From positions 7,688,001 to 7,752,000 of the forward strand of contig OZ059897.1 in assembly GCA_964057225.1 (NCBI GenBank): DNA of 64,000 bases, in the 5' to 3' direction. Position numbers and translations under genes: made by a program. Source of the stretch: Auanema rhodensis (taxonomy: Eukaryota; Animalia; Nematoda). This document shows, piece by piece, positions 34,316-46,100 of this stretch. Within the stretch, counting starts at the first letter, position 1; each line of letters opens with the position of its first letter. The notes beneath the pieces are model-generated. The model ran no database searches and was not told the DNA's origin. It saw nothing but the letters and a program-made list of their open reading frames with translations.

Positions 34316-37300
34316 CCCCTGACCGTTAGATTAAAAGTCTAACGCTCTACCAGCTGAGCTAACGAGGCTACATATTCTTGTTATTTCATAAAAATAATAA
34401 AGTACGTCCTCAAAGAATAGTTAATTTACTATTAAATTTAATTCAAGAATGCTGTCAATTTTAAACGAAAATTCAAGATTCTGGAATAAATAAAAGTTCA
34501 AACTAGGTAAGAAAATTAAGTTTTACATGTTCGGGATAGTTAGAATGTAAAAAATTAGCCCCGTAGGGGGCTCGAACCCCTGACCGTTAGATTAAAAGTC
34601 TAACGCTCTACCAGCTGAGCTAAGGAGGCTACATATTTTTGTTATTTCATAAAAATAATAAAGTACGTCCTCAAAGAATAGTTAATTTACTATTAAATTT
34701 AATTCAAGAATGCTGTCAAGTTTAAACAAAAATTCAAGATTCTGGAATAAATAAAAGTTCAAACTAGGTAAGAAAATTAAGTTTTACATGTTCGGGATAG
34801 TTAGAATGTAAAAAATTAGCCCCGTAGGGGGCTCGAACCCCTGACCGTTAGATTAAAAGTCTAACGCTCTACCAGCTGAGCTAACGAGGCTACATATTCT
34901 TGTTATTTCATAAAAAAAATAAAGTACGTCCTCAAAGAATAGTTAATTTACTATTAAATTTAATTCAAAAATGCTGTCAAATTTAAACGAAAATTCAAGA
35001 TTCTGGAATAAATAAAAGTTCAAACTAGGTAAGAAAATTAAGTTTTACATGTTCGGGATAGTTAGAATGTAAAAAATTAGCCCCGTAGGGGGCTCGAACC
35101 CCTGACCGTTAGATTAAAAGTCTAACGCTCTACCAGCTGAGCTAACGAGGCTACATATTCTTGTTATTTCATAAAAATAATAAAGTACGTCCTCAAAGAA
35201 TAGTTAATTTACTATTAAATTTAATTCAAGAATGCTGTCAAGTTTAAACAAAAATTCAAGATTCTGGAATAAATAAAAGTTCAAACTAGGTAAGAAAATT
35301 AAGTTTTACATGTTCGGGATAGTTAGAATGTAAAAAATTAGCCCCGTAGGGGGCTCGAACCCCTGACCGTTAGATTAAAAGTCTAACGCTCTACCAGCTG
35401 AGCTAACGAGGCTACATATTCTTGTTATTTCATAAAAAAAATAAAGTACGTCCTCAAAGAATAGTTAATTTACTATTAAATTTAATTCAAAAATGCTGTC
35501 AAATTTAAACGAAAATTCAAGATTCTGGAATAAATAAAAGTTCAAACTAGGTAAGAAAATTAAGTTTTACATGTTCGGGATAGTTAGAATGTAAAAAATT
35601 AGCCCCGTAGGGGGCTCGAACCCCTGACCGTTAGATTAAAAGTCTAACGCTCTACCAGCTGAGCTAACGAGGCTACATATTCTTGTTATTTCATATAATT
35701 AATTAAGTACGTCCTCAAAGAATAGTTAATTTACTATTAAATTTAATTCAAAAATGCTGTCAAGTTTAAAGGAAAATTCAAGATTCTGGAATAAATAAAA
35801 GTTCAAACTAGGTAAGAAAATTAAGTTTTACATGTTCGGGATAGTTAGAATGTAAAAAATTAGCCCCGTAGGGGGCTCGAACCCCTGACCGTTAGATTAA
35901 AAGTCTAACGCTCTACCAGCTGAGCTAACGAGGCTACATATTTTTGTTATTTCATAAAAATAATAAAGTACGTCCTCAACGAATAGTTAATTTACTATTA
36001 AATTTAATTCAAGAATGCTGTCAATTTTAAACGAAAATTCAAGATTCTGGAATAAATAAAAGTTCAAACTAGGTAAGAAAATTAAGTTTTACATGTTCGG
36101 GATAGTTAGAATGTAAAAAATTAGCCCCGTAGGGGGCTCGAACCCCTGACCGTTAGATTAAAAGTCTAACGCTCTACCAGCTGAGCTAACGAGGCTACAT
36201 ATTCTTGTTATTTCATATAAAAAATAAAGTACGTCCTCAAAGAATAGTTAATTTACTATTAAATTTAATTCAAAAATGCTGTCAAATTTAAACGAAAATT
36301 CAAGATTCTGGAATAAATAAAAGTTCAAACTAGGTAAGAAAATTAAGTTTTACATGTTCGGGATAGTTAGAATGTAAAAAATTAGCCCCGTAGGGGGCTC
36401 GAACCCCTGACCGTTAGATTAAAAGTCTAACGCTCTACCTGCTGAGCTAACGAGGCTACATATTCTTGTTATTTCATAAAAAAAATAAAGTACGTCCTCA
36501 AAGAATAGTTAATTTACTATTAAATTTAATTCAAAAATGCTGTCAAATTTAAACGAAAATTCAAGATTCTGGAATAAATAAAAGTTCAAACTAGGTAAGA
36601 AAATTAAGTTTTACATGTTCGGGATAGTTAGAATGTAAAAAATTAGCCCCGTAGGGGGCTCGAACCCCTGACCGTTAGATTAAAAGTCTAACGCTCTACC
36701 AGCTGAGCTAACGAGGCTACATATTCTTGTTATTTCATAAAAATAATAAAGTACGTCCTCAAAGAATAGTTAATTTACTATTAAATTTAATTCAAGAATG
36801 CTGTCAAATTTAAACGAAAATTCAAGATTCTGGAATAAATAAAAGTTCAAACTAGGTAAGAAAATTAAGTTTTACATGTTCGGGATAGTTAGAATGTAAA
36901 AAATTAGCCCCGTAGGGGGCTCGAACCCCTGACCGTTAGATTAAAAGTCTAACGCTCTACCAGCTGAGCTAACGAGGCTACATATTCTTGTTATTTCATA
37001 TAATTAATTAAGTACGTCCTCAAAGAATAGTTAATTTACTATTAAATTTAATTCAAAAATGCTGTCAAGTTTAAAGGAAAATTCAAGATTCTGGAATAAA
37101 TAAAAGTTCAAACTAGGTAAGAAAATTAAGTTTTACATGTTCGGGATAGTTAGAATGTAAAAAATTAGCCCCGTAGGGGGCTCGAACCCCTGACCGTTAG
37201 ATTAAAAGTCTAACGCTCTACCAGCTGAGCTAACGAGGCTACATATTTTTGTTATTTCATAAAAATAATAAAGTACGTCCTCAACGAATAGTTAATTTAC

Positions 37301-40300
37301 TATTAAATTTAATTCAAGAATGCTGTCAATTTTAAACGAAAATTCAAGATTCTGGAATAAATAAAAGTTCAAACTAGGTAAGAAAATTAAGTTTTACATG
37401 TTCGGGATAGTTAGAATGTAAAAAATTAGCCCCGTAGGGGGCTCGAACCCCTGACCGTTAGATTAAAAGTCTAACGCTCTACCAGCTGAGCTAACGAGGC
37501 TACATATTCTTGTTATTTCATATAAAAAATAAAGTACGTCCTCAAAGAATAGTTAATTTACTATTAAATTTAATTCAAAAATGCTGTCAAATTTAAACGA
37601 AAATTCAAGATTCTGGAATAAATAAAAGTTCAAACTAGGTAAGAAAATTAAGTTTTACATGTTCGGGATAGTTAGAATGTAAAAAATTAGCCCCGTAGGG
37701 GGCTCGAACCCCTGACCGTTAGATTAAAAGTCTAACGCTCTACCTGCTGAGCTAACGAGGCTACATATTCTTGTTATTTCATAAAAAAAATAAAGTACGT
37801 CCTCAAAGAATAGTTAATTTACTATTAAATTTAATTCAAAAATGCTGTCAAGTTTAAACGAAAATTCAAGATTCTGGAATAAATAAAAGTTCAAACTAGG
37901 TAAGAAAATTAAGTTTTACATGTTCGGGATAGTTAGAATGTAAAAAATTAGCCCCGTAGGGGGCTCGAACCCCTGACCGTTAGATTAAAAGTCTAACGCT
38001 CTACCAGCTGAGCTAACGAGGCTACATATTTTTGTTATTTCATAAAAATAATAAAGTACGTCCTCAACGAATAGTTAATTTACTATTAAATTTAATTCAA
38101 GAATGCTGTCAATTTTAAACGAAAATTCAAGATTCTGGAATAAATAAAAGTTCAAACTAGGTAAGAAAATTAAGTTTTACATGTTCGGGATAGTTAGAAT
38201 GTAAAAAATTAGCACGGTAGGGGGCTAGAACCCCTGACCGTTAGATTAAAAGTCTAACGCTCTACCAGCTGAGCTAACGAGGCTACATATCGGCACCATT
38301 ACATAAAAATAATAAAGTACGTCCTCGAAGAATAGTTAATTTACTATTAAATTTAATTCAAAAATGCTGTCAAATTTAAACGAAAATTCAAGATTCTGGA
38401 ATAAATAAAAGTTCAAACTAGGTAAGAAAATTAAGTTTTACATGTTCGGGATAGTTAGAATGTAAAAAATTAGCACGGTAGGGGGCTAGAACCCCTGACC
38501 GTTAGATTAAAAGTCTAACGCTCTACCAGCTGAGCTAACGAGGCTACATATCGGCACCATTACATAAAAATAATAAAGTACGTCCTCGAAGAATAGTTAA
38601 TTTACTATTAAATTTAATTCAAAAATGCTGTCAAATTTAAACGAAAATTCAAGATTCTGGAATAAATAAAAGTTCAAACTAGGTAAGAAAATTAAGTTTT
38701 ACATGTTCGGGATAGTTAGAATGTAAAAAATTAGCCCCGTAGGGGGCTCGAACCCCTGACCGTTAGATTAAAAGTCTAACGCTCTACCAGCTGAGCTAAC
38801 GAGGCTACATATCGGCACCATTTCATAAAAATAATAAAGTACGTCCTCGAAGAATAGTTAATTTACTATTAAATTTAATTCAAAAATGCTGTCAAATTTA
38901 AACGAAAATTCAAGATTCTGGAATAAATAAAAGTTCAAACTAGGTAAGAAAATTAAGTTTTACATGTTCGGGATAGTTAGAATGTAAAAAATTAGCACGG
39001 TAGGGGGCTAGAACCCCTGACCGTTAGATTAAAAGTCTAACGCTCTACCAGCTGAGCTAACGAGGCTACATATCGGCACCAATACATAAAAATAATAAAG
39101 TACGTCCTCGAAGAATAGTTAATTTACTATTAAATTTAATTCAAAAATGCTGTCAAATTTAAACGAAAATTCAAGATTCTGGAATAAATAAAAGTTCAAA
39201 CTAGGTAAGAAAATTAAGTTTTACATGTTCGGGATAGTTAGAATGTAAAAAATTAGCCCCGTAGGGGGCTCGAACCCCTGACCGTTAGATTAAAAGTCTA
39301 ACGCTCTACCAGCTGAGCTAACGAGGCTACATATCGGCACCATTTCATAAAAATAATAAAGTACGTCCTCAAAGAATAGTTAATTTACTATTAAATTTAA
39401 TTCAAAAATGCTGTCAAGTTTAAACGAAAATTCAAGATTCTGGAATAAATAAAAGTTCAAACTAGGTAAGAAAATTAAGTTTTACATGTTCGGGATAGTT
39501 AGAATGTAAAAAATTAGCCCCGTAAGGGGCTCGAACCCCTGACCGTTAGATTAAAAGTCTAACGCTCTACCAGCTGAGCTAACGAGGCTACACATGCTCA
39601 TAACTTCATAAAAATAATGAAGTACTTTCTCATAGAATAGTATATTTACTTCTAAATTTGATTCAAAAAGATGTATATTTGAAGAAAAATTCATGATTCT
39701 GGAATAAATAAAAGTTCAAACAAGCTAAGAAAATTAAATTCTACATGTTCAGGACAGATAGAATGTAAAAAATTAGCCCCGTAGGGGGCTCGAACCCCTG
39801 ACCGTTAGATTAAAAGTCTAACGCTCTACCAGCTGAGCTAACGAGGCTACACATGCTCATAACTTCATAAAAATAATGAAGTACTTTCTCATAGAATAGT
39901 ATATTTACTTCTAAATTTGATTCAAAAAGATGTATATTTGAAGAAAAATTCATGATTCTGGAATAAATAAAAGTTCAAACAAGCTAAGAAAATTAAATTC
40001 TACATGTTCAGGACAGATAGAATGTAAAAAATTAGCCCCGTAAGGGGCTCGAACCCCTGACCGTTAGATTAAAAGTCTAACGCTCTACCAGCTGAGCTAA
40101 CGAGGCTACACATGCTCATAACTTCATAAAAATAATGAAGTACTTTCTCATAGAATAGTATATTTACTTCTAAGTTTGATTCAAAAAGATGTATATTTGA
40201 AGAAAAATTCATGATTCTGGAATAAATAAAAGTTCAAACTAGGTAAGAAAATTAAGTTTTACATGTTCGGGATAGTTAGAATGTAAAAAATTAGCCCCGT

Positions 40301-42621
40301 AAGGGGCTCGAACCCCTGACCGTTAGATTAAAAGTCTAACGCTCTACCAGCTGAGCTAACGAGGCTACACATGCTCATAACTTCATAAAAATAATGAAGT
40401 ACTTTCTCATAGAATAGTATATTTACTTCTAAATTTGATTCAAAAAGATGTATATTTGAAGAAAAATTCATGATTCTGGAATAAATAAAAGTTCAAACAA
40501 GCTAAGAAAATTAAATTCTACATGTTCAGGACAGTTAGAATGTAAAAAATTAGCCCCGTAGGGGGCTCGAACCCCTGACCGTTAGATTAAAAGTCTAACG
40601 CTCTACCAGCTGAGCTAACGAGGCTACATATCGGCACCATTTCATAAAAATAATAAAGTACGTCCTCAAAGAATAGTTAATTTACTATTAAATTTAATTC
40701 AAAAATGCTGTCAAGTTTAAACGAAAATTCAAGATTCTGGAATAAATAAAAGTTCAAACTAGGTAAGAAAATTAAGTTTTACATGTTCGGGATAGTTAGA
40801 ATGTAAAAAATTAGCCCCGTAAGGGGCTCGAACCCCTGACCGTTAGATTAAAAGTCTAACGCTCTACCAGCTGAGCTAACGAGGCTACACATGCTCATAA
40901 CTTCATAAAAATAATGAAGTACTTTCTCATAGAATAGTATATTTACTTCTAAATTTGATTCAAAAAGATGTATATTTGAAGAAAAATTCATGATTCTGGA
41001 ATAAATAAAAGTTCAAACAAGCTAAGAAAATTAAATTCTACATGTTCAGGACAGATAGAATGTAAAAAATTAGCCCCGTAGGGGGCTCGAACCCCTGACC
41101 GTTAGATTAAAAGTCTAACGCTCTACCAGCTGAGCTAACGAGGCTACACATGCTCATAACTTCATAAAAATAATGAAGTACTTTCTCATAGAATAGTATA
41201 TTTACTTCTAAATTTGATTCAAAAAGATGTATATTTGAAGAAAAATTCATGATTCTGGAATAAATAAAAGTTCAAACAAGCTAAGAAAATTAAATTCTAC
41301 ATGTTCAGGACAGATAGAATGTAAAAAATTAGCCCCGTAAGGGGCTCGAACCCCTGACCGTTAGATTAAAAGTCTAACGCTCTACCAGCTGAGCTAACGA
41401 GGCTACACATGCTCATAACTTCATAAAAATAATGAAGTACTTTCTCATAGAATAGTATATTTACTTCTAAGTTTGATTCAAAAAGATGTATATTTGAAGA
41501 AAAATTCATGATTCTGGAATAAATAAAAGTTCAAACAAGCTAAGAAAATTAAATTCTACATGTTCAGGACAGATAGAATGTAAAAAATTAGCCCCGTAGG
41601 GGGCTCGAACCCCTGACCGTTAGATTAAAAGTCTAACGCTCTACCAGCTGAGCTAACGAGGCTACACATGCTCATAACTTCATAAAAATAATGAAGTACT
41701 TTCTCATAGAATAGTATATTTACTTCTAAATTTGATTCAAAAAGATGTATATTTGAAGAAAAATTCATGATTCTGGAATAAATAAAAGTTCAAACAAGCT
41801 AAGAAAATTAAATTCTACATGTTCAGGACAGATAGAATGTAAAAAATTAGCCCCGTAAGGGGCTCGAACCCCTGACCGTTAGATTAAAAGTCTAACGCTC
41901 TACCAGCTGAGCTAACGAGGCTACACATGCTCATAACTTCATAAAAATAATGAAGTACTTTCTCATAGAATAGTATATTTACTTCTAAATTTGATTCAAA
42001 AAGATGTATATTTGAAGAAAAATTCATGATTCTGGAATAAATAAAAGTTCAAACAAGCTAAGAAAATTAAATTCTACATGTTCAGGACAGATAGAATGTA
42101 AAAAATTAGCCCCGTAGGGGGCTCGAACCCCTGACCGTTAGATTAAAAGTCTAACGCTCTACCAGCTGAGCTAACGAGGCTACATATTCTTGTTATTTCA
42201 TAAAAATAATAAAGTACGTCCTCAAAGAATAGTTAATTTACTATTAAATTTAATTCAAAAATGCTGTCAAATTTAAACGAAAATTCAAGATTCTGGAATA
42301 AATAAAAGTTCAAACAAGGTAAGAAAATTAAGTTTTACATGTTCAGGACAGATAGAATGTAAAAAATTAGCCCCGTAGGGGGCTCGAACCCCTGACCGTT
42401 AGATTAAAAGTCTAACGCTCTACCAGCTGAGCTAACGAGGCTACATATTCTTGTTATTTCATAAAAATAATAAAGTACGTCCTCAAAGAATAGTTAATTT
42501 ACTATTAAATTTAATTCAAAAATGCTGTCAAATTTAAACAAAAATTTAAAATTCTGAAATGAATAAAACGATTTTGTTCAAGTTTAATTTTTTCCTTTAG
42601 GAAGCAAAAAATTAGCTCCGT
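34316..42621 (-). repeat. tRNA-Lys(UUU) array, segment 3: 5' part of the split copy plus ~31 full-length copies (34557 to 42369-42441); 259-bp spacer variant dominates 39.5-42.1 kb; degenerate end near 42612
   Basis: Unit spacing 261 or 259 bp; final remnant attagctccgta at 42611-42622. Confidence 0.96.
38211..39066 (-). pseudogene. Three probably non-functional tRNA-Lys copies (38211, 38472, 38994)
   Basis: Shared haplotype: acceptor 3' strand ACCGTGC (two mismatches) and T-loop TTCTAGC (G57>T in the B box). Confidence 0.75.
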
Positions 42622-43158
42622 AATATCATTTCTTTGTTTCTTTGAAGTACTTATAAAAAAATGAAAAAAGTTAGCATTCGATAAAGTATTATTTGTTTAT
42701 TATTCATAAAAACATAATTCTAAGAAGTTTAAACATTTGTTATATCTTTCTTTATCACATTGAACCATAGGTTTGTCATTAATATAAAAACACATGAATG
42801 ACAGGGGGTTAAGATAAAAAAAGAGAGATGAAGAGAGAGAGGAAAGAGAGAGAAGGGGGAGAGAGAGTGTGTGTGAGTGAGAGAGGAAGAGAGAGAGAGA
42901 GCGAGACATAACAGTATTTAATTAGAATGAGAAATTATGAGAAAAATCGTAGAAATATATTGTGAAGAGGAAATGGGAATCTTAAGGCTAGTCCAACTGA
43001 TTTCTAACTGACTTCTGAACCTACTGAAAAATCTCAGTTTACTTTGTTGAAATTTATTTTTTACTCAATTACATATAGAAATGGGTTAAATTTTGAAAAT
43101 TTTTCATAGTTGCCGTAGGCCTTATTTGATGATTATGAGCAGATAACTTCATGTTAGC

Positions 43159-46100
43159 TTACTGTCCAGTTTGAATGGTCTTTTGGGTATGAGTAGCGCG
43201 TTCCTGTAAAGAAAATATCAAAATAAATTAAACACATATATATATATATATATATATATATTCATGTAAGAGAGAGATAGATAGAAAATGAAAAAAAGAG
43301 AGAGAATTGAAAAAATTCAAGCGAATTTAAAAGCTCACCTCCCCTTCCTTATTGTACAGGCTGGTTACAACGTTAGCCCCGATACCCCAAGTGTTTTCAG
43401 CGTCAAATACTAAAGACTCAGGAGGATTGTGAATGCCTCCTTGATCACGAGCGTAAATCTAAAATTTCAATGTTAAACTATAAGAAGGTTCCATAAAGAA
43501 ATCATACTTTCATGCTCTTTCCAGCTTTTAATACTGTTCCAGCTGGAATAGTGTAAACGATTTCTCTTCTATTTCCGTCAAGCTTTCTCTTGAGCTTGTG
43601 TTCTCCGAGGTTTTCGTCTTTTGTTCTATGAGTATTCTCGAGAGTGATAAACTTTCCATTTGGATCACATTCAGCAATAGTTACATTACCCTGAGAAAAC
43701 ACAAAATAAGATGTGTTGAAATTTTAATTTTTGTACCTTAGCAGATCTTTGGAAGGTAGTCTTAGTAGATACTTCTCCTCTGACCGAGCGAGTAGAGTCG
43801 GTATCTTCTTGTTGTTGAAGGGAATGAGTTTTGACGACTTGCTCGACCATTTGGCGAAGACCCACTCTGAAAAGTGTTGTTGCAACTACATCTTTTTGGG
43901 TTATATGTCACCTGCTTTCTTCTCCTTCCAACATTTTTCTGTAAATAGCAATTTCGGCATCGAGCATTTGCTTGGTATCTAGAAGAGCTTGGAGTTCAGC
44001 GACCAAAGTTTGACATTCTTCCCGCATTCTGCGAAGAGTTGAGTCTCTGTCGTTGAGAGCAGCTTCGTATTGTCTTTGGTCGTCTTGAAGCTAAACAAGG
44101 TTTGTATTATTATAAGCAAAGAAAAAATAGTATTTCACTTGATAGTTCAAATTTTGGACTTCCTTCTCAAGGAGAGAATTCTTGTTCTCAAGATCTCCAA
44201 GCTTGCCACGGAGATCACTAATGTTGTCACGCATTCTTTTGACTTCTTCTCTTTGGTAGTTGGATTCAACAGCAGCTCTGTTAGCCGATCCTTGGACCTC
44301 AGACACCTTAAGCTTGTACCAGCTTTCCATATCTTGCTTGCCTTGTTTGGCAATGTAGTCGTATTCATCCTTGATATCTCTGTAATTTGATCAACTCAAC
44401 AACATAATGCCTAATATAATACCTGATAGCAAGGGCAAGTTCGTTCTTGAAAAATTCCCTGGTATCAGCTGGAGCCTGGGCCAACAGGGCCTGGAGTTCC
44501 TTGACTTCTTGCTCGTGAACGCTAGAATATAAATTAAAATAAAAAAAAGAAAAAAAATTCATTAACATACCGACGAAGAAACTCGAGCTCCTCCATAAGG
44601 GTTTGAACTTGGTTTTGGAAGTCAATTCGTCCAATAGTTTCTTCATCCAGGTCCTATGTTCAATATGAAGAATTATATAATGTAAATACAATTAACTCAC
44701 ATTTCTGGCCTTCTGAAGTTCTTCCCAAATGCGGACATTATCAGCATTGAGACGTTTCTCTTCTTCCGTCAATTGCTTCCATCTGGCGCGAAGCATCTCT
44801 AGCTCAGCTTGGGCATCAGCTATGGCATTGGTCCATTGGTTGATCTTTTCACGATCTCCCTCACGACGATGTTGGATGTCTTCATAGCTAAAAAAAAGTT
44901 ATAAATTTTCAAACATCCTTATAATAAATAAATTCATATTCAGAGCAATGAAAGCTTTAAATTTTCTAAATTTGAGGTTTTTCAAACAATTTGGTTTTAA
45001 TGCTGAAGATAAACATTTGATTGATCGTTCGAAGAACTAGTAAGTTGTTGTTGAACATTTCAGTGAATGAGGCTTTATTGGTGATTGTACTACACTTACC
45101 GGCTTCTGTACTCAGCAAGATCATCGCGAAGACGAGCAACTTTAACATCAATCTCAGCCTTTCTTCTGGCAGCATCATCAATATCTTTACGAGCGGTTGA
45201 CAGCGATTCAGAATATTTGATCTGTAAGGATTATATTATATTATTTGTTGTATAAATTATTTAAAATGCGACTACGTCTAGAAGATGTAGATGTGCTATA
45301 GATCAATACAAAAATATATTTGGAGATGATATTAAATGGAAATAACCATGCATTGAGCAACGATTTTGACACTATCCATCATACTATATAATATAGTAAG
45401 TAGCTATGAGAGAAACTATTAAATATGTAACTTATCAATAGATAATATAGTTGTAAACAGAAATGTAAATGCTCATAAGGCACAATTTCATAAATACAGA
45501 CAGTTTTGATACAAAATTCCAAAGATTCCATCATAGTTATGACTGTTGACTCAAAAAGATTCCATTGAGAAAGTTTATGACTGTTTTTTTCTTTTTTTTT
45601 CTTTTTGAGAGGGAAAAATGAAAACTTAGGAAGCATTAATCCTCAGGTATTAGACAACTTATCATTAAATATTTATATTGCTAACATTTATGAATAAAAT
45701 ATTTAGTATTAAATGAAATCTATTACTACTTTTACATTTTCTATTTGAAATTTGAAATTGGAGTGAAGAATAAATATTATTAAAAAGAGAACTAACACAT
45801 GAAAATGATCAAATAAAACCGATTGTTTTTCATGTGGCTGTACGAAGGCTATCAAAAACTTTTCTAATAGTATTAACTCTTCACATAATTTTCTTTCTTG
45901 TTTGTTTTATTCTTTATTCATATATAATATGTTTTTATTTATGTATACTTACTATACTGAGGATGATAACGTATAGTTAGTATATTGATGGGAAAAATGT
46001 GATAAAAGGAGGAAAATAGAAGAGGTTCAGACAGGTAATTAGGCTGTCTTTGAGTCGTTACAGAAGAATTAGAAGAGGGAGAGAAAGAGATCTAGATCTA

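Noticed and set aside
2574-42621. CRISPR-like repeat-spacer array
   Set aside because: Spacers are near-identical rather than unique, the GC-rich part is a tRNA, the context is eukaryotic and there are no cas genes.
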